A DNA stretch of 63,126 nucleotides, counting the filler, from Hyphochytrium catenoides (taxonomy: Eukaryota > Protista > Hyphochytriomycota): NCBI GenBank assembly GCA_900088475.1. It is 6 parts of 6 records of this genome, joined end to end, with 100 filler letters (N's around TTAATTAATTAA, not from the genome) between each part and the next. Parts side by side here need not be neighbours in the genome. Positions count along the whole stretch, not along the records: positions 1 to 16,834 come from FLMG01000411.1; positions 16,935 to 26,596 come from FLMG01000640.1; 4 more parts are not named here. One strand, given 5' to 3'. A model generated the notes under the pieces. The model was not told the DNA's origin, made no database searches, and was given only the letters and a program-made list of their open reading frames with translations. Below, piece by piece: positions 13,520 to 25,985 of the stretch. A program made the translations under genes and the position numbers. The stretch's first letter is position 1. Each line of letters begins with the position of its first letter.

Positions 13520-13985
13520 TTGGAGCGGGCCTCGTCTCCAAAGAGAGCTTCAGCCCTCAGCAGGATAAGCACCCAGAGAACGAAGAGCTTCTAGGCACTA
13601 CGGAAGGAGGACGCCACAACCACCTGTGGGACCTCGACGTTGTCACCTTCTAGCGTCCGCTTCTTCAATCCATCTTGAGCCCTGCCCTGGATAGCGATCA
13701 CCTCTCCCAGGCTCTAACTCTTCCGTTGTCCCCGCAATGCTTCAGAAGCAGAACTGGACCAGCTATCGTCAAGGGCCTGCCTCGTTGGTCTCCCTAGGGC
13801 TGCCCCTGATGGCTCTGCCAGCAATCAAAAGCTCTTTGACCTTGACCTTGAGACATGGCGGAGACAAGAACATCAGAATCAGTCGTATCATGAATGATAA
13901 GTGCCTAAATGCCACTTATTACAGCGTTATATCGTTCCTATTACGAATAGTGGATACATGACATGAATCTCTTCAGTCTCAAGCG

Positions 13986-15551
13986 TCAGTTGGGTTCATC
14001 CTCTCCCTGTGGCCATTGCGCAGGATGATGCCCGCGAGGAAAGGACTGCAAGTCAAGCCTTCGAGGCGTGTCTGCGACCGTGACAAGCGGAGCCACATGC
14101 TCTATGAAGCCATGCGGCGTGTCTGTCCGGAGCAGGTGCTGCTTCACGATGAGTTCATGCTTCGCAAGGATATCACTTGCGTTAAGAGGAAGATTGTCGA
14201 GTCTGTCGGCCTCTTTCATCCATTCGCAAGTCCGAGCAAGACAAAGGTCGACCCTGTAGCTTCCACCGGAGACTGCTCTTTGAAGGATGCCCGTCATAGC
14301 ACCGAAAGCAGCCAGATAACCAGTAACATAGTCCAAGAGCTGTGCAGGCAGGTGCTTGGGGGTCCCGGCTTCTGAGGCTGTTCTTCCTTGGTACTCTGCC
14401 ACTCCTGACACGCACTGCACTAGACTGTCAAACCCTCGCTTTCCTGCCCAAGGCCCAGTGACGCCGTAAGCACTGATGTTAACCACGACTATTCCTGGAC
14501 GTAGACGGTGCAGCTCGAGGTCGGTAAGGCCAAACTTCTCAAGAGAACCAGGCCTGTAAGAGTTAATAAGAATATCCGTCTCCTTCAAAAGGTCTTTCAA
14601 GGTTTGAAGGTCCTCCTTTCTCCTGAGGTCAAGGAAACAAGAGAGCTTTCCAAACCCTGTGTCTATGACAGCGCCCTCCACAGCTGGCAAGTGCGCAGCT
14701 GATACATTCAGCACCGTCGCCCCCTGCTCTGCCAATGTCTTAGCGGCTGTTGGGCCTGCCAGGACATGCGTAAGATCCAATACTTTGAGACCATGAAGAG
14801 GCTGTGAAGAGAGTGAGAGAGGCGAGAGGCCGGAAAGTGGAGCAAAAGGACGAGGGGCAGCATCTGCTATCTTGCTAAAGCCGACAAGAGGATGAGAGAG
14901 GATCGCTGACCGCTGTGGATGAGCTGCCCATTCCTCTTCCGTCCGCACCATTGCTGCACAACCACCCATCGATGTGATTTTCTCCTCTAGTAGTTCTGTG
15001 TCTTTCATTCCTTTTATTGCCTCCGCGACCCTGCCCCGCAGACCCTCATCCTCTGAATATGTCACGTCCAGCGCTTTGAGAGCAATGTCTCGGTGATGAG
15101 GATAGTTGCAATGTAATTGCAGCCATCGCCCGTCCCCGGCATGGTACAATCCTGACACTGGGTCCCAGAGAGACAAGCTCTTTCCCTTATCTAGACGCTT
15201 GCAGAACTGGATGGTGCGTACTGCTAAGGCGGCACGGTGCAGATCGATGTCTGTCCTGAGAGCTATTTCCGGTTCTGCCCTGGAACCTGCAGCTGCCAAA
15301 CGAGCTCTAAGTATCTGGCAGAGGGCGAAGCCTACGCAGCCTAGAGCTGCCGCTGAAAGGGAGGCAAGAGGTATTCTGGACGGTAGAATGGGCTCCGAAG
15401 GAGATGACAGAAAGCTGACAGACTGCCCAGCGAATCGCCTCACATCAATGGGGGAGGATGAGCTGGTGCCGCTCAGGAGCGCCCCCTGATCACGCACCGA
15501 GTCAAGAATCCCAAAGAACAATTTCTGGGTACGTGAGGTTCCTGCTGACAT
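13986..15551 (-). CDS. CoA-transferase family III (CaiB/BaiF), long bipartite form, intronless
   Basis: PLHGLKVLDLTHVLAGP, DTGFGKLSCFLDL, NSYRPGSLEKFGL, SAYGVTGPWAGKRGFDSLVQ (catalytic Asp retained), LPAQLLDYVTGYL; N-half DGRWLQLHCNYPHH. Confidence 0.92.
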   Translation of the reverse strand: MSAGTSRTQKLFFGILDSVRDQGALLSGTSSSSPIDVRRFAGQSVSFLSSPSEPILPSRIPLASLSAAALGCVGFALCQILRARLAAAGSRAEPEIALRTDIDLHRAALAVRTIQFCKRLDKGKSLSLWDPVSGLYHAGDGRWLQLHCNYPHHRDIALKALDVTYSEDEGLRGRVAEAIKGMKDTELLEEKITSMGGCAAMVRTEEEWAAHPQRSAILSHPLVGFSKIADAAPRPFAPLSGLSPLSLSSQPLHGLKVLDLTHVLAGPTAAKTLAEQGATVLNVSAAHLPAVEGAVIDTGFGKLSCFLDLRRKEDLQTLKDLLKETDILINSYRPGSLEKFGLTDLELHRLRPGIVVVNISAYGVTGPWAGKRGFDSLVQCVSGVAEYQGRTASEAGTPKHLPAQLLDYVTGYLAAFGAMTGILQRAVSGGSYRVDLCLARTCEWMKEADRLDNLPLNASDILAKHELIVKQHLLRTDTPHGFIEHVAPLVTVADTPRRLDLQSFPRGHHPAQWPQGEDEPN

Positions 15552-15719
15552 TTTCCACCTGGCTTCTCTCTCCGCAGACTAACTCCTCAGGACCTATGGC
15601 TCGGCAAACATAAGGCAAATTTGGATTAGATCAGAGTGCCGAGGGAGCATCTCCTTCAGCCAGAGCGGTGGATGTGGCGCTGGCTTGTGGGGGAAACGGA
15701 GCGCTTACTAGCAGTTCTT

Positions 15720-16834
15720 GGGAAATTCTTATGGTGCTCCTCGCCCCGTCAGAACCGTGAGAGCTGCTCTACGTTGACTCTTGAGCTTCTTCTTCGGCTT
15801 CTCTGTGCTAAACTCCTTGTCCTCCTCTTCCTCTTCCTATCACCTGCTGGCTCGCCCTGTACCAAGTCTGCAGAGAAGAGGTCGTAGCTTCAACCTTCTG
15901 ACCATCTCAGGGAGCCGCTAACCACCTGGTACAGAGGTGAAAATGGAGGTCATCTTCTTCTTGCACCTTTCTTTAGTTGACATGCGGACATCAGGAAGAT
16001 GCCACAACTGTTTAGCAAGACGAGGGTCCTGCTAGCTTCCTGGGTCACGGGCTGCGAGAGACTTCACGCACCTCTCTTATTATCCATTTCCAAGTCAACA
16101 ATGGCTTGCTGTCGCATAAGAAGGCTTTTTCCCAAACGGAAGGTTACTAGGCAGAGAAAGGTAGCACTAGAGAGGGACCCAAGATGGTGGATGTAACTCA
16201 CAGAGTTAGGCGTTGGGAACTCCTTCTCCTTCCAGATGGGAGAGGACAGAGAGCAAGCTTGAACAGGAAGTAAGTGAGCGATATGCATAGAGTATCAGTG
16301 TTAGATATCTGTTTTGAAGATAGTTACATTGAGCAAGGCGTCGCTGCTCGCCAAAGATTTTATCTACAGCCGGCTAAGGTTGGACAAACGGAAGTCACGC
16401 AGATGTCATAATAAGCAATGTGAGCAACGCTAGCCAATGGAGGTAGGCATTGCAGAGACCTCGGAGTCACCATAGGTGGGAAGTGGAGCTCAGCCAGAGA
16501 AGAGAAGCAATAGAAAGCGAGAAAGGACGTTCGACAGAAGTTATACAAGTGCCAGGCGAAACAGCTTTCTCTAACGTGTCCAAAGGTGTCAGAGATGACA
16601 GAAACCCACAGCTTCTTTGGCTGTGAGCCAACGACAGCTGTACAAGAAGCAGAGAAGAGTGAAGGACTGCGCGAGAAGGGGCAGCGCAGAGGGCCAAGAG
16701 CCAAATCTACAGTTATACCGCTGCCACCTCCTCGTCGTCAGACTGTGCAGGCTTCGACAGAATGAAGACGTTCTCCTCCTCTCCCATCCGCCTTGACCGC
16801 CGCCCCAAAGATATCCGTGTGCTATTGAGAAGCC
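15720..16834 (-). CDS. Possible 3' exons of an unidentified gene truncated by contig end
   Basis: Exon-like pieces (MGEEENVFILSKPAQSDDEEVAA|GT; CAG|QAIVDLEMDNKR|GT; charged terminal segment). Frame not resolved. Confidence 0.25.
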
Positions 16835-16878
16835 NNNNNNNNNNNNNNNNNNNNNNNNNNNNNNNNNNNNNNNNNNNN

Positions 16879-16890
16879 TTAATTAATTAA
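16879..16890. other. Artificial contig linker TTAATTAATTAA between N runs
   Basis: Identical six-frame-stop linker recurs at 26641, 38865, 56375 and 62001. Confidence 0.97.
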
Positions 16891-18686
16891 NNNNNNNNNN
16901 NNNNNNNNNNNNNNNNNNNNNNNNNNNNNNNNNNTTCGCTCGCTCTTCCTCCAGGCTCATCTTCTCAATGTCCTGGAGACCATTGTCCTTATAAAATGGT
17001 CTGTGCGATGGTGCTGAACGCGTCAATGGGGCACTGCGCCGCTTAACCTGAATAATGAAGAAGGCTGTTGATATTGCACATCATTACTGCTGCTGCTTGC
17101 CGTACCTGAGATGGGAAGAAGAAGGTAATAGGCTAGGATGATTATTGGATGTAGTGAATTGTCTACAGCTAGTAAAGAGAGTCAGAGAGTCAGACACTTG
17201 TAGAGATAAAACTGAGATCATCAATGCAAAGCAGCAGTGAGATCAGGAACGACTGATGAATGGCTAGTAGCGGATAGCGGACAGAAGGAGTAGTAGTAGG
17301 TGCTGCATGAACTTAGAAGTGAGTAAAAAAAGTAAGTGTAGTCGCCAGCAGGCGAAGAACTAGGGTCAAGCTAGTGAAGGCGTGAAAGCATAGTGAAGTG
17401 GACACTACTAAAGGGGTGAAGGAGATTTCGGGCCAAGGAGCATAAGAAAGACGAGCAGGAGTGGAGGCAGCGAGACCACCGAGGAGGTCATCTATCAGCA
17501 ACAAGCCTCCTACTCTACTAATTCTAGACTAGAGGACTGAGAGGACAAGATGATTGTGCTCCCAGCAGCGAGAAGACGAGCTGAACTAAGCGTACAGTCG
17601 CCATGAAAATGATTGTTAGTAGGCCGACGACTGCCTTCATAAGACGGAGGACGTCGACTCACCACAAAGAATAATAAACCAGCTTGTTCTCGGAAAGAGG
17701 GCCGACCATCTGTCTTCAGGGAATATGCTCCACGTCAGATGTTCAGTCAGCTAGCTTGCGGCGATGCCACGGACTATAAGGCGTCTTTACAGAGGTGTTG
17801 AGCTGCCGCTAAGACTTTGTGCTAAGTCAGCCGTCCTGCCAGTTCATTCTCTCCGCGCCGTCAAGAGTCCGTGGTGTCTATTTCTACAGCGTATGCAATG
17901 TCGGAGGATGGACGATTTATTATCTGGCAGAAGTGATGAAGGTCGACATAGTCTATTGATGATGAGTTCTAGGTGAAGATCACTACTCCTAACTGCAGAG
18001 TTGAGGATGCTAAGGCAGAAGGAGAAGTCCTAGTAGCCTCAACAGAAGTGGTTAGACTCTTGAAAAAAGTAGTGTCTGTCATCACTCGTTATCAGTGTGA
18101 GGTCACCAGCAGCTTATAAGGAGGGCCAAGTCGGGGAAACCCACCAGCAGCAAGCAAGCAACAGTTTGGTGTTAGAGCAGCATCGTCATAGATGGTCCTT
18201 CTCGACTACTAGAGCCCCGACGACTGCCTTCTGACAGGCTGGTATATCCAGTGAGATTTGGTGGTCCTGCATCAACATCGCCTACCCAGGATGATCAATC
18301 ATAGCCGAGTGGCTCTTTCACTGCCCGGGAAGGCCTCTCATGACTCGGGCGTACACGAGTAGCTCAATCGAAGGCAGGAAAACTTCTACACAGCCAATGG
18401 CTCTGCCCTTGCTAGACTCTCCTCCATCCGAAGACCCCATAACCAACCAAGGCACGAGTACTCTATCATATCGACCGCTACTACTCTGTCCTAATCAGTA
18501 ATAGGGCGATGGGACGTCAAAGAGTCCAGGGTCATAAGAGCAAAAGAAGTGACTGCATCAACTTTATGAAATATAAAGCTAGCGCCGGATTGCCCAGTTA
18601 TATAAGAGAATCATCTCTTGGCCGGTTCCATTGTCCAAGGAAGGCATAGAAGCTAGAATGGAACGGAAACATGCCGTCTTCTTTGT

Positions 18687-19037
18687 CTAAAGTCGTGACA
18701 ACCACCACGGGCCATCAAGCTCTGCTAATTCCTTCAAGCTGAGACCAACAACCTTGTTACATTGGATCGTGGCACTACTTCGGTTAACGCCCCCGAACTG
18801 ACAGTGATATCCCACGAAGTCATCCGAGCCAGGATGTCCGCAGCCATAGAGATACGCCTTCGGATTGGCTACGGCGTAAGTGGCCGTGTTAGATTTTATG
18901 TACAGGACCAAGAAAGTGATGAAGAGCACTAGGAGCACAAGGTTGGCGAGAAGACTGATGGTGGTAAGGTTGAACTTCTTCGTCTTGCGTCCTTCTTTCA
19001 TTGGCGATTGGGCATCTTCCTCATCCTCCAGTAGCAT
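18687..19037 (-). CDS. Small type-II membrane protein, possibly frameshift-truncated
   Basis: MLLEDEEDAQSPMKEGRKTKKF, TM (ISLLANLVLLVLFITFLVLYI), Cys-containing luminal part. A shifted frame continues VVVTTLDKEDGMFPFHSSFYAFLGQWNRP. Confidence 0.45.
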   Translation of the reverse strand: MLLEDEEDAQSPMKEGRKTKKFNLTTISLLANLVLLVLFITFLVLYIKSNTATYAVANPKAYLYGCGHPGSDDFVGYHCQFGGVNRSSATIQCNKVVGLSLKELAELDGPWWLSRL

Positions 19038-22000
19038 CTTGAAAAGCAGCAGTGGCGCCACGCGGTGGGTTGGAGAAAGAGATATAATGGGACTGCTAAC
19101 AACTTTAGGATCACGTTGATACGTTAGAAAGAGTTCTTCTTGGTGGAGAATATGCACTGAGGAATGCTTCTGGCAGCGGCACGCGGCGGCGAGGATGGGA
19201 AGCAATCCTCATTTACTTTTGCACTCGTCATCGTCGTCAGTAGAGTGAGTCTGATCATGGAAACAGCTATCGAGACTTGTGTACATCCTTGTTGACATCT
19301 ACTTCCTATCCTCCTCTTCCTCTTACTGCTCGCAAGAGAGGATGAACCTAAGGCAGCTAGAATAACTTGTTAGCAGCAGTAGAAGAGACTAGGACATCAG
19401 GGTTACACGTCTTATTGAAGGTGAGCGAGGTCCATCATGCATCTCGTCCAAAGGTAGCCGGGCTGCGCTAGGCATCATGATGGCGGAATCCCTTCTTCTT
19501 CTTTCCCGTGCCCACACATACCTCTGAGATGCTGCCTCCAACAAATAGCACCACTGGAACAGCAAACAGCCACTTAGAGGGTACATTAGCCTCAGATGAA
19601 TAAACACTTTTGACAGCAGACCGTTGTCGACGAATGGCTTAGACTTGAGCTTAGAACTACCATCCACCAGGACCGTCATCAAAAGCTTTAGCTCTAGGCT
19701 CACAGCCTCGAAGCGTCCAAGAAGAAGCTGCCTCCTCCTCCCCACAAGAGATAGCGTCATCATAGAGAGAACAAGAACAAGAAGAAGTAGCTAGTCCGCT
19801 GCAAACTCTCTCTCATGAAGTCACTGAGAAGAGGAAGAAGGTTCATTATTAGCTGGTGACCATCAACAAATAACGTGATGGGGCTTTAGACACGTTGGAC
19901 GGCGGTATAAGGATGGGGCCGCCCCAGCCACTAACTTAGCAGCTGTACCTTCTGCCTTGAGTCCTCCATCCTAAAGGCCTCCTCCCACAGCCTCCTCAGC
20001 AGACTCAGCCTAGAAGATGGACAACATCCACCACCAAGAGGATGATAAAACGAAGAAGAAGAGTGATGAGCTTGCTGCACTGACGACCATGGGACGATGC
20101 CGGTCGGAAGATCATAGAGGCAGCCCTTCCATCTCTAGACCTGGAGGACGGACCTTCCTCTACTATGGGAGGGGTCGGGCCTCATTTCTTCTCTCCCATT
20201 TATGTCCTACCTGGGCGACAAGCGCCGCTTAGCCAGCATTGCCAGCAGCAGCAGCCTGTCATGCATTGGAAGGAATCCGAAGTGGATCTCTCCTTTCCAG
20301 AGTCTTCCAGGGAGCAAACCTTTAGAAGGATCATCATAGATGTTTCTTCAAGGTCAGCCCTCCTTGCCCAAAGAGCGTTATTTGGACCGTCCAACCAGAC
20401 AGACAAGCTTAGCTTCCTATACAGTACGACAAGGATGGGAGGTTATCATCATAGGAAGTGTTTCCATTGCTGGTTCTATCGCTGACGAACTATTTCTACT
20501 CCTCCCAAAGAAGCCAAGGAGGCCAAAGAAGAAGAAGAAGAAGAGGGAGAAAGTGGAGAAAGAGACAACAAGAAGTGCCCATTCTTCGGAAAAGAAGGGG
20601 GAAAGAACAAGGAAACCACCATAGTGCCGTGTTTAATACAGGAACCACAGGAAATGATGCGAACTGCAAAACAAGCTTTTTTCCTTTAGCTTTCCTGCTG
20701 CCTACCACCAAAAAATGGTGTGCCAAGGTCTTCGGCTTAAAGAGTTGCCAGGGCTTAATAACAGTAAGTTTGCGCAACCGCTGAAAGATGTGAGCTGGGA
20801 CCGCCAACCTCGACTTCTGGCGGATTTTATGACAAACTACGAGTTGGCGGCTTTGGTAGGGAGAAAGGCCCCAGAGAAGAGCTGATGGCTCAAGGTTCCC
20901 TTCAGCCAATCACAGCTCAGAAAGCTAAATGTTGTACGTTAGCACCCCTAACTGTTGCACGTTAGCGACTATGACCCCGGTTTCTATTGGCTGTTGGGAT
21001 TTTGAAGCGCTGTGATTGGTGGGATAATGGTTCCGCTGACCTTGGGGCCCAAAGTCACCAGCGCAGGCAGAGACTCCCCTTAGAATCCGCCCATGGAAAC
21101 TTGCTGGCGAAAGGTCATGAGTGGTGTGTTCTGATGGGTGATGATGGGCTGTTGAGCACGCAGTTCCTCCTCCGTCCTTCTATTCCTGTTGTCAGGCAAT
21201 TCATTATCTGTAGTGTACCTGTAGGGAGGAGGACAGATGGCAGTGATGACGAGCTGGCCGCCAGAAGACAAGAGGGCTTCTGCGTCTCTCGTGACTGTGG
21301 AGTCAAGTACTAAAGGAGCCTAGACCTTCCTGGTGCCGCATGCAGGTATGGCCAAAGGACGACGGAAGCTATTAACAGTATAAGGATTTCGACTCTGGTA
21401 TGAAGGAGACTCTGGTATGAAGAAGGCGTACAGCCGTTAGCAAGGCGAGACGAGCAGCAACCATGTGAGGCTGAGAAGTGTCATCATCAAGTGAAGAGCG
21501 ATGACATTGAAGCTTCACGGGCTGCTGCACACAGCATAGGACATACAGCATAAGAGCTGCTCCTAAAGACTGCGAAGCAAGAGGCGGGGCAATTGGCCAG
21601 GAAAGCAGAGGACCAAAAATTACCCTCTTGCTCTTCCTCCTCCACCAAGGCATCGTCTCTATGATAACGATCCTGTCTGAACTTCACGCCTTATAACTCC
21701 ATTCTCATTGATGATGAAGAAAGGTGATGTTGAGCTCTCACTCAGGGCCTGGCTTACCCATTGTTTAGAGATCAACTCGACAGCTCTGCAGGTGCATTGC
21801 AGATAGAAGGATGCCGTTTACACTCTTCTTTGTCATCTCATCCAGAGGAGCAACATCGGAAGCGTGCTTGCAGACGACGGCAACAATGAATCAAACTCTA
21901 TAGAATGACAAAGGTGATTGACTAACTATCTTCTTCACTGAGGGACCGCCCACTCGGCTATCTTCTGCCATTGCGTCAGCTTTGAAATCTATCCAACGAA

Positions 22001-23121
22001 ACTTGATAAGAAGACAACCATCCTCTGCTTCCTGCCTTGAAGATGAATGCCTCTCCAGTCCTCAAAGGCTAATGATTCATATCGAGATGCTAATAATAAG
22101 ACTGCGGCCGCACGAATGACGGTAACGACCGGCGCATCCTTTGAGCGTCACGTCCTCCTTTTGCTCCTCTTCTGGAGCGTTTAGAGCCTGCCCGAGTAAC
22201 TTCCCGAACACCCTTCTCTCCTCTCACCGTAGAGCTAATGGTAGGCACAGAGGAAGCCTAGGGAAAAAGAACACTCTAGCGCAGCTAGTCGAAGTGCAGA
22301 TCGTGGGTCTGGAAAATATGAAGTGAGACTACAGATTAGCGCGCGGCGAGCGCGGCAAGAGCACATCTCATGGTCATGCAGAACATGGAACAAGGTTGAG
22401 ACTGCTACCATCATCAGCAGCTACACATGCCAAAGGAGTGCCATCAAGAAGAGTATCGAGTGTGGGCTATTACTTCTGGAAACGGACCTGGCCCTTGGCT
22501 AGATGGAAACGTTCCCAATGCACCGATGAACAAGAGGAACTGCTAGATGCTCTGGAGCTTGAAGGCGCTTAGTCTCTTGACAAACATGGAAGACAGGGGC
22601 ATCCCCGTTCACACTCTCATTTCCATTTCTTCTCCTGCTGCTTTACTCTCAAGCACTGTAGCACTTAGCTTCCCTGCCTTTCATACTGCGTGCACAGTCC
22701 ACGTTCTCTTTGTGGGCCTGGCGGGCCGAAGTCTGCTTTGCATCTTGGACAGTAGCCTCCTTGAAGCTCTTCAGACCGCGCCCCACAGGGACATGTTGTC
22801 TGATAGTTTGCTAACGAGAGAATGAGCTTTGGAGGAAGGAAGATAGAACGGCCCTGATGCTGATGAAGCAAGAAAACTTTTAGCAATAGATTATATCTTA
22901 TGATGTGACCTTTATAAAGCAAAGAGGAGAGCAGAGTAGACCTATGCCTTGCCAGGGTTGAGATCCTTCGAGAAGTCTCAGAAAATCAATGCTTTCAGCA
23001 CAGTGCTGCCTCTTACATCGCATGCCGCTGCTGTGGCTAGGGTGGCAGGAATGCGCTTCTTCCCTATCTTTTTCTAGGGTTGTTTGGCGGGGACTTTAGT
23101 CCTCACTTGCCCCGTACCTCA

Positions 23122-24300
23122 TTATGGCATCATCACGACGCGAAGCCCAGAGACTGCCCCATTGAGAGTCTTCTTGCTCGATGCATTGACGTTACTCTTT
23201 AGCCAGCAGGTGCCGCCGTTAAAGTTTGTCCATGTCCAACCCTGGCATCCCGGGGTCCAGTCACATTCTGTGCAGCACTTGTCAAAAGTAGACGCAGCGA
23301 CAGAAAGCAAGTCATTGCCAAAGAAGTCCACATTCTCCTCGAGACCGGTGCAAGAAGGCCAGCGAATTGATGAAGGAGGTTCGTTGGCACCACTTCCAGA
23401 ATTCTCGCGTTGCCATCCGGATTTTGCGCCCTTGACGTGTGTCCTACCTGCCAGCTTGCTCTTCAGCCAGCAGGTGCCGCCATTGAAGTTTGTCCAGGTC
23501 CAGCCAGAACAGCTTGAGCTGGGAAATCTCCAGCAGAATTGGGGACACTTAGAATCATCTGCTGCAGGGAAGGAAGTGAAGTCGTTCCCGAAGTAGTCGA
23601 TGTCTTCTTCGACAGGGTTATAGCCCTCAAACCTGTTCAACACTCCGGCAGAATATGCATTTTGGTTGAACTTCACTTTGTCGAGCTTGCTTTTCAACCA
23701 GCACGTTCCGCCCTCATAATCGGTCCAGGTGTAGCCCTTGCAGCCCTCAGTCTCCCAGCATTCTTGGCAGCATGCGCTTCTGTCGCCTTTGACATGCATC
23801 AGGTCGTTGCCGATATAGTCGACGCCTTGCACTGGCCATCCGCAGTTCCCAGGTTTCGTGGAGGCCTTTTCGTACATTGCGGAAACGGCACCTGGCAGTT
23901 GCGTTTTGATGGTCATTGCGCTCTTGAGCCAGCAGGTGCCGCCGTTGAAGTTCGTCCAGGTGTAGCCTTCACACCGAGAGGTCTTTCCGCAGTGAGAGCA
24001 GCAGTCAGCGGCCTCCGCCACGTTACTAATGGCTTTCAGATCGTTCCCAGGGGAGTCATACCCTCTGAAGGGTATGGGGCAGGAGCGGCTGAACTCGGGT
24101 GGAGCGGATGTGGGAATAACGGTAATGCCTCCAGGCGGCACTTCTCCAGCTTGAGAAGGACCATCAGCTAGTGCGCGCAATGGACGGCTTACTGATTGAT
24201 CATCAGCATTCCCACGGAGGCTGCTGCTAGGTAGGGTATCTGTGCCTTCCGCAGCAAGGAGGCTGGTCCCTAGAACGAAGAGTAGTGCGGAGAGCTTCAT
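23122..24300 (-). CDS. Secreted protein with four PAN/apple domains (CBEL-type lectin-like)
   Basis: Signal peptide MKLSALLFVLGTSLLAAEG; four repeats of DxxGND...C..C.....C.G[YW]TWT...GGTCWLKS; intronless. Confidence 0.92.
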   Translation of the reverse strand: MKLSALLFVLGTSLLAAEGTDTLPSSSLRGNADDQSVSRPLRALADGPSQAGEVPPGGITVIPTSAPPEFSRSCPIPFRGYDSPGNDLKAISNVAEAADCCSHCGKTSRCEGYTWTNFNGGTCWLKSAMTIKTQLPGAVSAMYEKASTKPGNCGWPVQGVDYIGNDLMHVKGDRSACCQECWETEGCKGYTWTDYEGGTCWLKSKLDKVKFNQNAYSAGVLNRFEGYNPVEEDIDYFGNDFTSFPAADDSKCPQFCWRFPSSSCSGWTWTNFNGGTCWLKSKLAGRTHVKGAKSGWQRENSGSGANEPPSSIRWPSCTGLEENVDFFGNDLLSVAASTFDKCCTECDWTPGCQGWTWTNFNGGTCWLKSNVNASSKKTLNGAVSGLRVVMMP

Positions 24301-25519
24301 TGGGATGGGGAGATGCTGTTATCAGCGGTAACTGGGCCTCGGCAACGGTTGATTGATCTAGCTTGGTGATGGATTGTGACAGGCTGGTCCGGGTCTTCTG
24401 GGGCAGGTAGAGAAAAGAATAATGAGCCTGTGACGACTGGCATCGGGGCGGTGAAAGGGGACTTGAGATCTTGCTTCCTCGAGGGATCGTCCATGCATAT
24501 ATCGTGCTTGTTCTCTCTGGTGAGTGCTTCTCCCTGCTTGATGGTGAGACTAGAGTGAGGAGAGAGGTTGGGCCCGTCGTATCGTAGAACACTAGCAGAA
24601 GATCCAGGAGCCGAAAAAGGCGATCGACTTCTTGGTAGTGACTGACTGACCAGGGCTGTTGTCGCAGTCTTCGTCCCTGATCCACGGAGCTTGTCTAAGT
24701 TGAGTTACTAACGCCCCTAAACACTATGACTGATAGCCATCCTAGGCTCGCCTGCATCAACCCAGCAAATTTCTTTCAATCCGGATGAGGAGAAAGTGTA
24801 GGATCAGCAAGGACAAAAAGTGCAGGCGGATCGAAAGGATGACGTTGGAACGGCAAGAAGAAGGTGAAAGGAGAGGAGAAAAGAGAGAGCACTTTGAAGG
24901 AAAGAACGACCGGAGAGGTAGAAGAATAAGAAGATGGCTTCACGGCTGATAAATGCTCCTCTATATCGTCGCTCTCCTCGCTCATGAGTCAGTCATAAGT
25001 AAGGAAGAGGTTCTTGAGGTGCCGGGGAGAGCATGAGAAAGGCGTTCTTCTCTCTTCCTCAGCCGCTGCTCGTTCAAGTTCCTGTGCCATAACTAGATTC
25101 ACAATGCAGCAGCAGCGTCTTGGGCTCACCTCAAAAAGCAAGAGATGAGAACTAGGATAGTCTAGGGGACGGGCGCCACACCGCATGTTCCTACTTTTCT
25201 CTAGAGTTGTCTTGACGTTCAATGTCATCGAACGATGGCTGGTCCTCAACGACCAAGAGAGAGGAGAACTACTGGTACCTTCACCGACGATGATGATTGG
25301 ATTAAAGTCCTCCGTCCTCAGTCCACTAGTGCCTTTACTCGTGATCCCATTGGGACTGACGGGCGATCCAGTCCTAGATCTGAAGAGAGGGTCACGTTAC
25401 ATCGACTAGAGCAAGACCAAGACTCGAGGGCGGACAAGTAAGAGTTATTAGTCAAATAGCTAGCGTTTCGTTCCCTGATGGTGGGACTTATTACTAGGGC
25501 AACGCAGGTGTCGCAGCAT

Positions 25520-25985
25520 GAGACTGGCTGAATGGACTCATCAACTTCCTAGACCTACTGCCGTCGTTCTATTGCGCGGCCATCGCTTTGGGTTGGGTTG
25601 GTCGTTCTACGTTGTCTTCTACGAGGGTGCGATAGTGTTTCCAAGCTTCTCTCTGCGGGCCATAGCCCATCGCCCGGACAGAGGAGCAACAGCACCAAGG
25701 CCAACCACAGTGCAAACCTAGAGGAGACACTGGTTGATCATAGAACGACCGGAAACCTAGCAGTAGACAGGACATCACAAAGAAAGAACTACCTCGTATC
25801 AGGAAAGAAGGAATAAGATTCTTCTGAGAGAGGCAACAGCAGTTTCTACCAATAGACATCGATGAGTGACAGAAGCACCACCAGTGCTGTCAGAACGAAC
25901 GGCGGGAAGCCTTCGTACGCTGCTTGTATAGGAGACTACTCTGGGGCCAAGACAGCCGTGACACAGCCAAAAGAAGAAAGAGAAG
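25520..25985 (+). pseudogene. Possible decayed coding relic
   Basis: DWLNGLINFLDLLPSFYCAAIALGWVG...KKELPRIRKEGIRFF*ERQQQFLPIDIDE*QKHHQCCQNERREAFVRCLYRRLLWG. All 6 stops are TAG/TGA, but stop density is near random. Confidence 0.25.

Noticed and set aside
23084-24171. Plus-strand 170/210-aa ORFs (similarly 33862-34896)
   Set aside because: Antisense to clearly coding minus-strand genes.
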